Of a DNA stretch of 64,000 nucleotides, positions 28,582 through 44,098 are shown one piece after another (the first letter of the stretch is position 1; each line of letters opens with the position of its first letter). The position numbers were made by a program, and so were the translations under genes. The DNA is from the human T2T-CHM13v2.0 reference genome, Homo sapiens, in assembly GCF_009914755.1 (NCBI RefSeq), contig NC_060939.1; one strand, 5' to 3'. The notes beneath the pieces were generated by a model, which made no database searches, was not told the DNA's origin, and saw nothing but the letters and a program-made list of their open reading frames with translations.

Positions 28582-28757
28582 CTTAGGGATTCTCAACCTT
28601 CTCTAAACATAATCACTTAGGGAGCTTTTAAAACCCAAAGTTAGGATGCACCCAAAGCCAGTTAAATCAGAATCCCTGGGGATGCAACCCAGGCGGCAGC
28701 ATTTAAAAAATACCCAAGTGATTCCAACCTACAGACAAGGATGAGAAAACTCTCCTA
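28582..28757. mobile_element. MER5A-like hAT MITE
   Basis: TTCTCAAC...AATCAC...GGAGCTTTTAAAA...AAATCAGAATC...GTGATTC...TGAGAA. Confidence 0.75.
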
Positions 28758-29879
28758 AACTCTTGTATAATGACATCGGCATGAAAATGAACTCACCTGA
28801 AACTGACCTTCCCAGGACATTAAGTCACTAGTTGGCTGCTTATGGCACTTGCCAGTGTCCAGCAGTTTCCTGGCTGCTCCTGGAGGTTGCCAGACACCCG
28901 GTTCCCCCATTCTCAATGTTGGAGGCCCACAGTCTCTGCACTTAGGGGACCAGCTGTAACCTCCCCACCTGACCAGATGAACCGCGGGGAAACAAAGCGA
29001 GAAGCTCCCACCTACAGGATGCAAGGACCCAAGCTGGGATTTGTGAGAGTCTCAGCAGAGGCTGTGAGGAACTCCACAGAAAATGAGGCAGGAAAGCAAA
29101 AGTTCCTTGTTAGGGCTTGGAGGAGGAGAGGGTTGTCAAGCATGTTTTCTTTATTATTCCCACACATAAGGGAGCTGGCTTTAAGAGCTTTCTGTGACAA
29201 ACCTGAGGAGAAAAAGCCCTGAGACTTAGAAGGCATTTAAGAATACAGCTCAAGGGGGAAATCGGTGGAGACTGTATCTGCGGTGGTTTTCTCCACCTGT
29301 AGCCAGAGGCTCTCTCATAGGGTTCTGTGGCTTTCCTTGGGGTGCCTTTTAAAGGCATCCCAGTCCAGCCCAGGACTGACTGGATTCCAGGAGATCTCAG
29401 AGGCTGGTCTGACACCAAAGAAGGCTGTAAAGAGAAGAGACCATTTGGATGACTGTTTTCATGGAAAGTGAGCCCCAGGGAGGCTGGCCTGAGATTACAC
29501 AGCTGATTATGGGCCTCAGCCTGACTCTTAAAACAATGCTTGTGTATTTCTTAATCGTAGCTATCATTTGAGTTTTTAACTATGTACAAGGTATTGTGCT
29601 AAGCGCTTTACAGTCCTTCATAATTCTCATAGCAGCCCCATGGGGAAAGTACTATTATTATTCCCACTTTTACAGATGACGCCCAGAGAAGACAGGTAAT
29701 GTGTCCGAAGTCACGCAGCAGGAAACTAGGAGCCAGAGTCAACCTAGGAAAACTGCATTTAGAACAGGAGGTCTAACCACTGTGCTCTACACGCGGGTGG
29801 TTTTCACTTCGTGAAGTTTTGGGGAATGGGGGTAGTGCTTGGGTTATAATCTTGCAGTTGGGATCAGGCCCTTTAGGGC

Positions 29880-31100
29880 ATATTCCGGCTCCAGACCCGC
29901 CGCTCAGCTTCTCTGGCTCCTGGGCATGGGAATCTGGACTCGGGAGCGGAGCGCTCCCGCGGCCAGCAGGAGTCGCTATTGCCCTTAGCAGCCAGCTCCG
30001 TTACCCCGGGTCACCACCGCGCCGCGGAGGGGCCCTAGAAGTGGAAGCCAGAGCCCTAGTGCAGTGGCCTCCCGGAGCGCCCAGCTCACCAGGTACCGCC
30101 GCAGCGCGCCGGGAGCGCCTTTCTCCCCGCCGCCGCGAGCATGCGCAGTGCCCCCAGCCAGTCCCGGGATCCACGGCGCGCGCCCCTCCCAGCCGCGCGC
30201 GCCCGCCTGCGGTTTGTCTGCGCAGCCCTGGAGGCTGCGACTTCCGGACTGCTCCTGGCCGCAGGGGGCGCCGCCGTCGCACAGAGAGGCCTGGGCGGGG
30301 CGGACCGGCGCTGGGCAGCCAGGACAGCCGCGGCAGCCGGGTCCGCAGGGCAGCAGCCGGCCTCTCCCACTGCAGCCCTCCCGCCCGCCTACCGTCCGGC
30401 GCGATGGCGGGGAGTAGCTCGCTGGAGGCGGTGCGCAGGAAGATCCGGAGCCTGCAGGAGCAGGCGGACGCCGCTGAGGAGCGCGCGGGCACCCTGCAGC
30501 GCGAGCTGGACCACGAGAGGAAGCTGAGGGAGACCGTAAGGGATACACCCATCACCCCGCAGCCCCCAGAGGCGCATCCTCCCGGGGCAGCCCCGCAGGG
30601 CCCTCCTGCTTCCCCCCCCGCAGGCCCCGGTCCCTCGTCCCCACGCCTCCAGGGCGCACCTGGCGCACCTGGGCCAGCTGGCGGCGGGCTCTGGGGAGGG
30701 GCCCGGCCTGTTCTCCTGAGCCTTTGTTTTCCATCTCGCTGATCCAAAGTAAACGCTCCCAGGGGAAACGGGTGGTGTTGAGAAGGTTCTGGAAGGAGCA
30801 TTTTCCCAGGAAGGGTCTGTTTCTGGGGTGGTGGCTTTCAGTCGTGTCTGTGCGTCCCCGGGAGGTGCACTTTGCGCTGCTGGCTTGCTTTACTCTGAGA
30901 GTGGAGAGGGAGGAGGTCCTTCCTCTTGGAGATCCGTACTTTGAGAAGGGGCGCCGACAGGTCAAGTGGGAGAGGCACTGTGGACTTGGGGCCCGGGGAT
31001 GCTACACTCCGCCGTTCCCGTCGACCCTGTGGTTTCCCGGCGGCCTGTGTCTCCGAGGCGGTAGACAGACATTGACAGCTTGACAGCGCCGCGTTCTGCT
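29880..31100. promoter_or_regulatory. CpG island and TATA-less internal promoter 1b: NRF1-like GCATGCGCA (30139-30147), ETS/GABP ACTTCCGG (30240-30247), GC boxes GGGCGGGGCGG (30293-30303)
   Basis: CpG-dense segment around exon 1b with housekeeping-type motifs. Confidence 0.85.
30404..30535 (+). CDS. TPM1: TPM1 exon 1b coding part (MAGSSSLEAVRRKIRSLQEQADAAEERAGTLQRELDHERKLRET), short isoforms
   Basis: gcgATGG start inside the second CpG island, 132 nt, donor ACC|gtaagg. Confidence 0.98.
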
Positions 31101-34071
31101 GGAAGAGCTAAACTATAGTGCAAAACCCTTAACCCGTCCCTTTTTTCAGCAGTCCTCCTCCCCTTTTCTCTCATACAGATAGATAATGCTTTGTTACCAA
31201 GTCTTGGAAAAAGTTGGCGAAATGTCAACAGTTATTGGGTGTATTCTCTTGCGGGCTTCCCCTCCCCCTTGTTAAATGTAATACCTGGCTTCCTTCCTTT
31301 CTTCTAAGGCAAATGTATCCAGCAAACACGAACAGGATTTCAGAGGTAGTCTAGTATTGGATATTTGTCGATTTTGTGTGTGTGTGTTTTTAATGAAGAT
31401 ACTGAAACAAACACCTTGGGAGTTTTATGACAATTGATAGTATGATGTCCTGCTGTGCTTAATATACGGGGTTGTTCTGAGTTGAGTAAATCGTTCTAGT
31501 TAAGTGTTTGTAAATGGCTGTATGGCTGGCCACAGAAACTTCAAGACCTGAAATGGTCCTCTTCAGAGGAAAGCTCAACTAGAGAAAGTTTCAGATAAAA
31601 TACAAGCAGGAATAAGGAAATTAACAGGCAAAAGATAATTCTCAGTATTTGCTTTATAGGACGAGTCAGCAAAAGTCCTGTGGATATCCCTGAACTTGGC
31701 TGGGTGGTAAACTAATTCCGACTCCCTTACTCGCTAGTAGCTGTCCTTGAACCATTAGAACTATATAGAATATGATGGATAAAAACAAGAACTTTGGACC
31801 CAGACTGTCAGAACTTGAATCCTGTCTCCACTACTTACTAGCAGTGGGCAAGTTACTTAATCTCTGTGTTTCAGTTCCCTGTGTGTAAAGTGTGGATAGT
31901 AACAGCATCTACCTGTCGGTTAAAGGAGTTACTATGTAAAGACAGTACACTGATGCTTGGCGCAAAAGGGTAAGTGCTGTGTGCCCGCTGTCATTAAAAC
32001 TGCACAGCCCTGGCAGCCCAGTGCTCCTTCACCTTCAGTTCCCCACCCAGCAAGAGGTCTTAAAGATGGCCTGCTCATTTCATGACATCATAAAACACTT
32101 CATTTACTGCTTTTAATCAACATTTGTTGGGGCGGGGGGCTTGAATGAAGAGGAAGTGGGCGGGCTGGTAGGCATGTTTGATGGGTTAAAGTGGTATCAG
32201 TGGTAGAAGTCTGAGGTCTCCTCACCCTGCTAAGAAAGAGTATGTGTGACCCTATGCAGGAGAGCCTTGTATTGGCTCCTGGCCTAGTGATTGATGTTAG
32301 ACACAAAAGATAAATTTTATGAAGGGCACATTATTACTTTTATTCTTACCTTCTCTTTTGCACGTCGTTTTTATAACAGAACTCTTCCTGTGCCAGTTGG
32401 CTAAAGATAGTACTTTCGTTCTTTTCACGGCTTTATATCAAAAGTAGTTTAAGTAGTTTCAATTTTTTTAAGTAATCTTTGCAAACAATCTACCTGGGTG
32501 ATTGATTGAACACAGAACCTTTTAAGACAGCAACTTGAAGACTGGATCAGACCATTGAAGAGAGACTTTCAGGCTGCAAGTTGTTCCTAACTTCTGAAAT
32601 TGGAACTTAAATGTAGCTGACTTAGGTATTTAGATGTAGCTTGGGCTGTGAGTTAAGCTAGCAGTAACAGTTTCTTTTGGCAGCAAAGATAAAGGTTTAG
32701 TGACAAAACCATGAGCCACTGCAAAAAATATTTGACCAGAGAGTTGGCCTAAATTCAAATACTCAGACTGTAATTAATAGGCCCTATTAAACCAGCCCTT
32801 ACCTTGGAAAAAGCAGCCATCCCTTACTTCCTCCTAGTCTGTGTTTCCAAGGTGTGTGGATCCTTCAAAATGTTGGAATGAGGCTACTTTGCTTGACATG
32901 ATTGATTCCAGATCTTGTGACCCACTAGGGTTATGTTTGCTTTTTTTCATTATTTAAAGAAAAAGGCAGGATGAATCTTCCTTTCTGAGTAGTATCCAGC
33001 AAACAAGGAGACAGGGAGTTGTGGCCAGAAGGTTCTTAATTAGTAACATGATTAAATCATGGGAAATAACCAATTTACAAAAATTCCCAGCACTTTCCCT
33101 CTTTACACTTGGTAAGTATTTCCGGGATAGGAAAACCGAGGGTGCATTTTGTGCTTGCATTGGCACTCCCAGAGTGGCTGTTAACTGGAATGTATACTCT
33201 CGATTTCCGCTTTCATATGTAGGCAAGGCAGAGGCACTACAATGCCTTGTTCATGTCTGTTCTCCCTCATTATACAAATATGCTTCATAAATTATGGGCT
33301 TTGGCACACACAGGAGGTTGTGTTTATCTGTTATCCATGGGAGTGCCCCTTAATGTCATCAGTGTTTTTTTTTTTCCCCCCTTTCCTTACCATATAAGGG
33401 CAGAAGTTTAGCTTGGCTGTGGTCACTTGGCCTTACACAGCAAGTTGGGTGAAACCTTCTTCGTATAACTACAGTTTGCATGAAATAAAAAGACCTGACC
33501 TTTGATCATCCCAAGTTCCACTCCAGTTCAGTCAGGACTTTGGAAACATATTCCAGAGGATTGATTTCTAGATTATAATATTCTCCCACCAGTATTTTTT
33601 CTTAATAACCTTAACTGGAATACTTTTTTAAAAAGTAAAAGTCACTGCCATTTTTAATTTTCTGTTGTTGTATTGGCTAAAACATCTGGATTTCATGAAA
33701 ATCTAGGCCTCATAAAAGTTGTTTTTTTTTTTTTTTTCAAATCTGATTTGGGATAATATTATACTATGGTGGGGTGGGCATGCCCTTGATTTCTATATAG
33801 TACCATGTTGGGGTGGGGGAATGGGGTGCATGCCCTTAGAGGAGGGTCATATGCATTGTAAGGCACCTCAAGTACAGAGCACCAGGAAGTTACTTAAAAA
33901 CATCTGCAGGAGGACATTGGTAGCCTTTACTAATACAGCAGTCTCTTTTTTGAGTAGTTCATTAATTGTTAGAACACAATAGCACTTTTGAAATAAAAGA
34001 AACTAGCATCCCAGATTGAAAGACTTCACTGGCAGTCAGCACATGGGCTGCTGTTAGAAGAAAGCTAACTT

Positions 34072-34382
<311 letters not shown>

Positions 34383-35458
34383 TCAGTACACTAAGAGTGA
34401 TTTACATGCCTGCAAATAATTTGTGTCTGGGGTCTTGACCCTCCCCAAATGCCTTGTTATTTATATCTCTGCTTTTAGATAACAGATGGTCATGTGTCTA
34501 TGGGCTTGTACCGGCAGAGGCAACAGCAGGTCCTTAAGACTCCCCAGGTGCCATGATGAAAAGAACCTTAGAAAATATTGAAATAATCTCAAAACTTAAA
34601 AAAAAAAATACCAGAAATAAAAGCTAGTAAAGGTGAGAGGTGTGGGGCTTTTGGAACATAGAGCATAATAAATCAGAATAAAAAGTAAAAATAAGAAAGA
34701 GAAAAAAGTGGCCCTGATTAAATTATAAAATTAAGCATATCTTGAATTCTAACGAGCCAAACAAAAATTCTACTAGGCCAGTATAATAGGGCCTGCAGAG
34801 CCTGTCATGGGTTCAGGGTTTTCCCATAAAGATAGGTGTACCTCAGATACTACTCCTAGGTCCTGGCTTTAACCTCAAAGCCCCTCTGCCTGTCCTGCTC
34901 TGAAACCTCTGGGGCAGTAGGCATTGACTTCTGGGCTAGGGAGTAAATGTTCCGTGTCCTTATGTGAGCTTCCTATTACCCATTAGCATTGTTTTATGAA
35001 GTTTTCAATTTTATATCCTGCCTCATTTCAAAAAGATTGTGATAATCACTTTAGCAGATGATTTGCATTGCAGCAACTGTTCTCCCAGTCCTGGTTAGGA
35101 TCTGTGCCTGAGGCCTTTTGTGGGGAGTTGGGGTGGGGGCCGGAGAACATCTCAGTCTGATCTCAGGAGAGATAAAGACACAGGAGTGAGAACTGCCAGT
35201 TCCAAGGTTTCCGTGATGTTCCGGGAAGCCAGGAGAAGTGACATAGTGGAGAGCCGGCATGCTGGGAGCCTAGTGACTTGGATCTTAATCCTGTCTCACA
35301 CTGATGGCTGTATGGCCTCCACATACTTCTGTGCCCAGGGTCAGAGTTCCCTCCTGCCGCCTGTTTCTAGTCAAGAGCTAGAAGAATAGCCAGCTTCTTT
35401 GGGTGGTGGCAAAGGGGATTGTTTATTTATAGTACAGATTCCTGCCCTCCCCCTTTGA

Positions 35459-35830
<372 letters not shown>

Positions 35831-38078
35831 TGAGTTGATTCTGACACTCAGCCACTTGTGGGAATTGCTGATCTGGACAATGCCTAGGGATCCTTCTAGC
35901 TAAAAAATTGAGACCCTATTTTTTGGATTTACAGGGCCTCCTCAGAAAGGGGCAGCCACTCTCAGGTCTGCTGTGTGTGCCCTACCATTCCTCCCACTAT
36001 ATCACAAACTGGCACCTAGAAACTGGTCTCCATGCCCAGTCGTTGCTGGGGCACCCTGTATGAAGCCCTGCTGGCTGGTATTCCTGTAGGACATATTCTC
36101 TGATGTCCAGGAGTCTGAGGTTCTACAGAATGCCCCTGGGGAAACAAGAGTGGCATTTAGACAACAGCATTCTGTAAACACAGTGCCAAGAGCTAAGGGA
36201 AAGAATGGGGGTGGGGGTGATCGGAGGGAAGACACGGATGGATTGGTAGGGGCCCTTTGGGTAGGAAGATCTCATGTGCAAGGCTGGAATGAACATGAGG
36301 TGCTGTCTCCTTCCTTTCTGGTGACTCGGCTGTGTGGGGAGCTGGGGATAGAGACCTGTCACCCAGAGGGTTCTTTCCCCAAAGCATAAACAGTCGTCTT
36401 TCTGTGAGTACAAAGTCCTTGAGGTTCAGGCCCAGATCTAAAGCAGAGCAGAGAACTTGGAACTTGGTAGCTACAAAAAAGTTTTGAAAATCTTGCTGGC
36501 ATTTCTCTAATAGGCCATAGCCTCTGTAACAAGGATATTTGCCATCATATTGAAAATGATAAGAAAGGGGGAAAGAAAAGAAAGTGTACAGTGCTTTTGA
36601 GTACATAACCTAGACACTCTATGGAGGCTTTTTGTTGTTGTAGGGCTTTTGGTTTGTGTGCTTGGTTTTTTTGTGTGGCTTTAAATTTTGTTTTGTTTTG
36701 TTTGCCCTTTGTTTTTGCTTCCGCTTTGAGTCTCCCCCCCACCCTCAAAAGGAATAGAATTTTACTGGAAAATGAAAATATAGAAAAGTGAAGAAATCTT
36801 ACCTGACCCAAAAGTATATCCTTAATATATACATCCTTCCAGTAATAGTAATAAAAAAAAAAAAGCCTAATGGTTTTTAAAAGACACTTCCCTATAATTG
36901 AGAGATTTGTTATCCTATTACCCTCACCCTTCAATACACACACACACCAGAAACAACAGTCATCTGCCAGTAATTCCTAGCTGGGTCCAGTTACCAGCTG
37001 TGCACTGATAATGATTTACTTTGTAGGCACTACAGTTGTAAATGCTCTTCCTCTGATTTATTTCACATTTGCCCTGCTCCCTGCCTCCATCAACCAATTA
37101 CTACATTTTTGTCAAGATAAAAGTGTATTTACATGTTTTTATAGAGTCCTTCACCGTGGTTGGAGATGCCCTACTCACCTCTCTTCCCAGATAAAACTTG
37201 GCATTTAAAATCTTACAAATCTAGGTGAGCAAAGAGCTGAAGGTTCTCAGATTCCTTTGATTAAAGACTATGACCACAGTTTCTAACTACATTTGCATTT
37301 CCAACTCTGTATTGTGGATCCATAAGCTGAGAACGTTGCTTTTATTAAAATTAGGTTGGTTTTACTCATCTTACTGAGCCCATACTCTGTGCAGAGAACT
37401 GTGAGTTCTCTGGATGTGAGCAGCTTACAGTTCAATGACAAAGACAGGGCTGTGTGTAGAGAAATTTGTTATCCTATTACCATGGGTCCCTAAGTGTGTA
37501 TTTTAATTTCTAGAAAACTCCTAAGTGTTCTGAAAACCCCACCACCCCTTAGTGAACATACATTCAAAGTGGATGAGGATATTTTACCTGATTAGTAAAT
37601 TCCATCTCCCACTTCCATGCACAGTATTTAAACAGCCACCAGTGCAAGTGTGTATAATGGACCATCATAGTCTTATAAGTGTTCTGAGGCTCATAGCAAC
37701 AATTTCTTATGACGGGAAAAAAATCATTGCCTCTCAAAGAAACCAACATTTTATTTCAGTGACAGATACCAAGTAAAAACAGTACTTGTATTATTTTTCT
37801 TTTTAGGAGTTTGATACTTTTCTTGTATTAACCTTGACTTCAAAGAAAAATCATAGGCTTACATCAAAAACACTTGGGAAATTTGTCTTGGCTCTGTTCC
37901 AATGAGGCCAGTTATTCTAAAAGGGGTTACTGGATTGTGTTGGGCCTTCATGTGGTGTGTATTTTAGAACCACTGAATTTTAAACTATTTAAGTTCCTTT
38001 GTAAGGATCCTATGATAAAGTAGCTTGAAGGAAAGAGTTGAGTGAAACTCTTGAGTCCGATTTCTGGCTGTACTGCTA

Positions 38079-38551
<473 letters not shown>

Positions 38552-38805
38552 CTAATGATCTGTCTGTCTGATGAGAATTGTGTGTATAGATTTGTGTATA
38601 CACAAATATGGATGTTCACTGTATAAATCAATGTGTAAATGTGTCCGAGAACTCCAGAGTTGATGAGGGCTTGTAATGCACTTAAAGGTAGCTCACCACA
38701 AGACAGTCTTCCTATCTAAAATCAGCATTGCAGTCCCAGCCATTTCCTGAAGCTACCACCCTCACTTTCTCCCCAACTCTGAAATGCTTTTCACTCTCTA
38801 CCTAG

Positions 38806-38940
<135 letters not shown>

Positions 38941-40245
38941 TGAGAATGCCTCATCAGCCATCTTTTGCAGCTGCCTTTCCTGGTGGAATAAACCGGAGGG
39001 CTCCTGTGATCTTTGAGGTTTAAGAATTTTTCAGTCCCCTGGTGGTGGGATCATTTCCTCTATTGATCCCAGGTATAACTCGGTTGGTTTTGTTCATTTA
39101 GCATTAGTGAAACACCTACTATGTCCAAAGCACTGTCCTAAGCCCTAAGGTTACAAAGAAGAAGATGATCTTGTTCCTGCCCTTATAGAACTCACCATCT
39201 AATGAGGGAGACAGACATGTAAAGGAGAAATGTCAGGGATACAAGTTGGCCCTTTCACTCCTACTGACCACAGAGCAATTGTGCATTTTTTAAAGTGTAA
39301 CTTTATTTTATAATATACAAGGAGGCTTAGGTGTAAATAAAGGAACTGTGGACTATCAGTTGTCAAAATAGCTTAACAAATAGGTGGAAGAAAAAACACA
39401 AAGCAGAAACATGGTCTGCAAAAGTAAAATATTTTGGACTTGGTCTTAGTAATATACACAACACACATGCACACAAATAGTCAGATGCTCGTGTGTTCTG
39501 AGCCCACCTCCACTGTAATCTGGCTGTAGCTGAATTATTACTCAGATTCAGCTTTGTGGTAGTAAAGGAAAGCGTGGTTCGTATAGACCAGCACAGCCTT
39601 GTGTGGTCTAAAAGGCATTTTCCCTTAAGCTCAACTGTTGGAAGTAAGGATTTGCCATATTGCATAGAAGTACTTCAAGAGAGACTCCATGAGGTGAGAG
39701 AGCGTTCTGCCGCTTGAGGGATGGCATAGCATGAAGGGGCTCAGAGCACTGAATGTGTATCTGTCTGTGCTGTGACCTGGGCAAGTGAATGCAGTCAGTC
39801 ATCTTGTCCATTTCTTACTCTTTGAAGTGACCCTACCACCAGGTACCAGGTATAAAGAGTGATTTCAGACTTTAGGATTAAAGAAGATTTTTAGCTAAAC
39901 TTTTTAGGCCATTATTCACCGCTGCTTAGTGTTTCTTCGCTAACCAAGCATTTTGGACTTCTTTAAGATGACTAAGCATCTTACAGTGTACGCATAAGAG
40001 CAGTTTTGTGGCTGACTTCTTTCTGAAATATACTTGTTAGTGTTCCTTAAAGGCAGTCTGGTAATGTTAGACTTCGGAGTAAAGGGGACTTGGGGATCAT
40101 TTAGTCCCTTAGTTTTACAAATGAGAAAAGTAGGGCTCAGAGGCTGATGTGACTTGCACCAAGGCTCACAGCATATTTGTGGCTAAGCCAAGACTCCGAC
40201 CCAGATCTCCTCAACTGTATTCCAATGCTTCATCAAAAGATAGTG

Positions 40246-40573
<328 letters not shown>

Positions 40574-41300
40574 TTAAATTTTGATAAATGAATTCCATTT
40601 TACATGACTTGTTATTCCATATATCTGTAAAATATCATAGGTCATTTAGTATTTTTCTGAAACATTACACCACGCTATAGGACCCTAATATACACCATGC
40701 CATAGGACCCTAATACACTCAGTGTAGAGGACAGTGTCAGGCCTGTCTCCCAGCATTGCTGTCATGAAAGGGTTCCATTATAGGTAAAACTTAATTTGAT
40801 GCATTCAGTTGAACCATAAGAAATTGCCATTATTACTTGTCTGAAATGGTCAAATATCAGCATTCTTTGTGGACTTAATAGTTTATTAAATCTAACATTA
40901 AGTCTAATATTTTTGTTTATGGGTGGCAGGGTAAGAAGATTCTTTGTAGAAAGAGGTATATAAAGATAAGTTTGATTTTGTTCTAGCTTTGGTTCATGTG
41001 CAAGCTGAGGCTTCCCACAGGAAAGGCAAGAAATCTCATTATCTTTTTAATAGTAAAGCATATTGGCTTTTCCGGTTTCATACTGCCAAGATTCAGACAG
41101 ATTCCTGACATGGTACCTTTCGTCATCATTAATGTTAGATGCCTGATAGTTTCATCAGTACTCAAAGTGAGAGAGTTCATTCACAGTGAACAGAGAGAAA
41201 TGTGTCTCTTTTTTCCACCTTTAGCTCTGGAAATTGTTGTTTCCTGGTTTGGAAAATAAAAGTAGCTCTGTGCTCTATTTTGGTCTACCACTTACACTAA

Positions 41301-41576
<276 letters not shown>

Positions 41577-42614
41577 TGATTCCCGAGTGAGGCCATCTGC
41601 TTTGTTGGCAGAAATGGGTGGTTTTGAGAAGCAGAGTTCCTTTGTGTCCAGAAAACGGTTCTAATTTTAATCCTGCTAGGGGATCCCAGGCTTTATCAGG
41701 AAGCCAATCAGTAACACTGCGAAGAAGGACCAAAACTCCTCTCCCCCAGCCACAAAGACCCGGACAAAAGATCTTTGGCCGGAAGGGAGAGTTGGGCCCT
41801 GTGTCTTGTGAAAGGAGGCTCTCATGCTGTCATGGTGCAAGTCATTTCTTCCCAGAGTGACCTGGCACATCCAGATTGGGCAGCTTAGAGACCACAGACA
41901 GTTTCTCAGTGGATTCACAGAGGCCTCTCTCCTCAAGGGTGGTAGAAAACTATTATCAACGCAGGTTTTCAGCAGAATTTGCTCCTGGTCGTGTCCCCAT
42001 GAAAACAGCCTCCTGTGATAAGAGGCAACTTGATTATTAAGGTTTCTGTTTTTTCCTTATTGGATCACATCGTGGCTATCCTGAAACAGCATTGCCCCTC
42101 CTTTTTATTACCATTATTACCTTCAGATTACACTATGCTCACAAGTTTTGATCTGCTTCAGAGGCTCCCTTCCTCTCTCTGGTTCTTCCACTAAATACAA
42201 ATTTGATTTTGTCAGTTATCTCACCAACTTGTCTCACGTTAGTGTCTCTTGTATTCTTCCACTGCAGTAAGGAGGTAGATGCACAGATCAGCCATCAAAT
42301 TGATGGAGTTCTTAGGTTTACTTTGTTTTCCTGGCAGCCCCCACCTTTTTAGTACATGTCTCATCCTACTGCTGTTTTTGAGATTGTGAATGTGTATTTT
42401 ATCCCTCCTTCCACATTTTGGTCTGGCTGCCGGTTCACCTAGGTCAGACTTCCAATTGAGACTGCCCAATCACAGCTAACCATTCTGAGTCAAAGCAGAA
42501 GCCTCTGATCTCCTCTCTGCTGGCACTCCTAATAGAGAGTTGCTTCTCTCTGGTCTACCAGAAAGAGGATCATATTGTTTGTAGACAAAACCCTTAGGGC
42601 CTGATGGGATCTGA

Positions 42615-42761
<147 letters not shown>

Positions 42762-43018
42762 TAAGCGGGCCCGGCGCCAGGAGGCCACGAATGGGGTGCT
42801 GCAGAGCAGTGACTAAACAGCATGACCTTCTGGCAGCTGCACATTACCTGTTTCAGCTCCGGGCTCCTTTTGTGCTCATTTGATGTGGATGAGCCACGAG
42901 TATGGAACATGGAGGACTCGTGTGGGGTGTCTTATGTATGAATGCGTGTATCACTGCATGCCTTACCTGCACACTGATTTTGTGAATGGCCTTGTGCATT
43001 TCCTGTGTCCACTAACAG

Positions 43019-43094
43019 CCAAGTCCGACAGCTGGAAGAACAATTAAGAATAATGGATCAGACCTTGAAAGCATTAATGGCTGCAGAGGATAAG
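43019..43094 (+). CDS. TPM1: TPM1 exon 6a (QVRQLEEQLRIMDQTLKALMAAEDK), mutually exclusive with 6b
   Basis: actaacag|C ... AAG|gtactg, 76 nt. Confidence 0.98.
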
Positions 43095-43533
43095 GTACTG
43101 ATGGCTCGTGTGGTTTTTAGGTTTAACTGCAACCCAGACATCTTTCAGCTTCCAATGCCTCCTGGTTCGTTTGGTATAACGACTGCACCTTCACTTCACC
43201 CTCTGCTATTTATATCTTGCCTTAAGTGCTTTCCCTTGGTCCTTTATGCTCCTTTGTTTTCCCTTCATAAATGCTCTTTGGGCAGCCAAAAAAGGAGCCA
43301 AATTATCGCACTTCAAAGTTGTTGGATTTGGTCACCCTGCCTTCTGCTGTTGCGAGGTTGGGGGGCAGTGTTCCTGGAAAAACTAAACATTTTAATACCT
43401 GATGATTTGGCTACTTTAAGGCAGCCCTTCGTCTCTAGGACTCAGTTTTCATTTTTTCCCATCCCTCTCCTTTTTCTCTCCTCCTTCCTTTGGCTTGTCT
43501 CCCACCCTTTCTGCCTCTGATCGAAAACATTAG

Positions 43534-43609
43534 CAAATGTGCCGAGCTTGAAGAAGAATTGAAAACTGTGACGAACAACTTGAAGTCACTGGAGGCTCAG
43601 GCTGAGAAG
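43534..43609 (+). CDS. TPM1: TPM1 exon 6b ([25 protein letters not shown]; contains Cys190)
   Basis: cattag|C ... AAG|gtaggc, 76 nt. Confidence 0.99.
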
Positions 43610-44035
43610 GTAGGCCAGGAGGATGGTGTGGGGGAAAGGCATCTTTTAAGAGCTGCTCAAAAGAGGCCCTGCCAGAAAGCAACACTTACAGTAGACATTT
43701 TAGTAAAATGGCAATATTGTGAGGTGATTTTTGGAGAGTTACTAGATAACAAATTCTTTTTTTTAACTAGAGAATTTATTTTATGTTAGGGATATGAGGC
43801 ATCAATTTAATTTAAACCAAGTGCCAAGTGGATAAGTTATCTTGTTGTTATCCCATGTAAAACAATAGGCAAGAAAGCAGAGAATGTATTGCAGTGTGCC
43901 ATTTGATATCAGAGGTTCCATTACCTCCTAAGAGATCCTTAACATCTGTTGGCTGAGCTGGCGAGTTCTTTGCATGAGAAGCCATGAGTAGATTGAGCTG
44001 CAGCCTGACATCTGGAATGCTCTTTCTAATTACAG

Positions 44036-44098
44036 TACTCGCAGAAGGAAGACAGATATGAGGAAGAGATCAAGGTCCTTTCCGACAAGCTGAAGGAG
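44036..44098 (+). CDS. TPM1: TPM1 exon 7 (YSQKEDRYEEEIKVLSDKLKE)
   Basis: ttacag|TAC ... GAG|gtaata, 63 nt. Confidence 0.99.

Larger units (their letters stand above)
27860..31215 (-). ncRNA. TPM1-AS: Probable antisense lncRNA across promoter/exon 1b (TPM1-AS); limits approximate
   Basis: Location recalled from annotation, not derivable from the sequence alone. Supporting sequence features are a CpG-island promoter at the 5' side and a minus-strand AATAAA (TTTATT 27881-27886). Confidence 0.45.

Noticed and set aside
29819-30801. Long overlapping ORFs (307, 266 and 187 aa) on both strands at promoter 1b
   Set aside because: CpG-island artefacts with Pro/Arg/Gly/Ala-rich low complexity; only 30404-30535 is tropomyosin.
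40667-40716. Two tandem copies of a 25-nt unit (ACACCA.GC.ATAGGACCCTAATA)
   Set aside because: Ordinary slippage duplication; two copies without spacers, so not an array.
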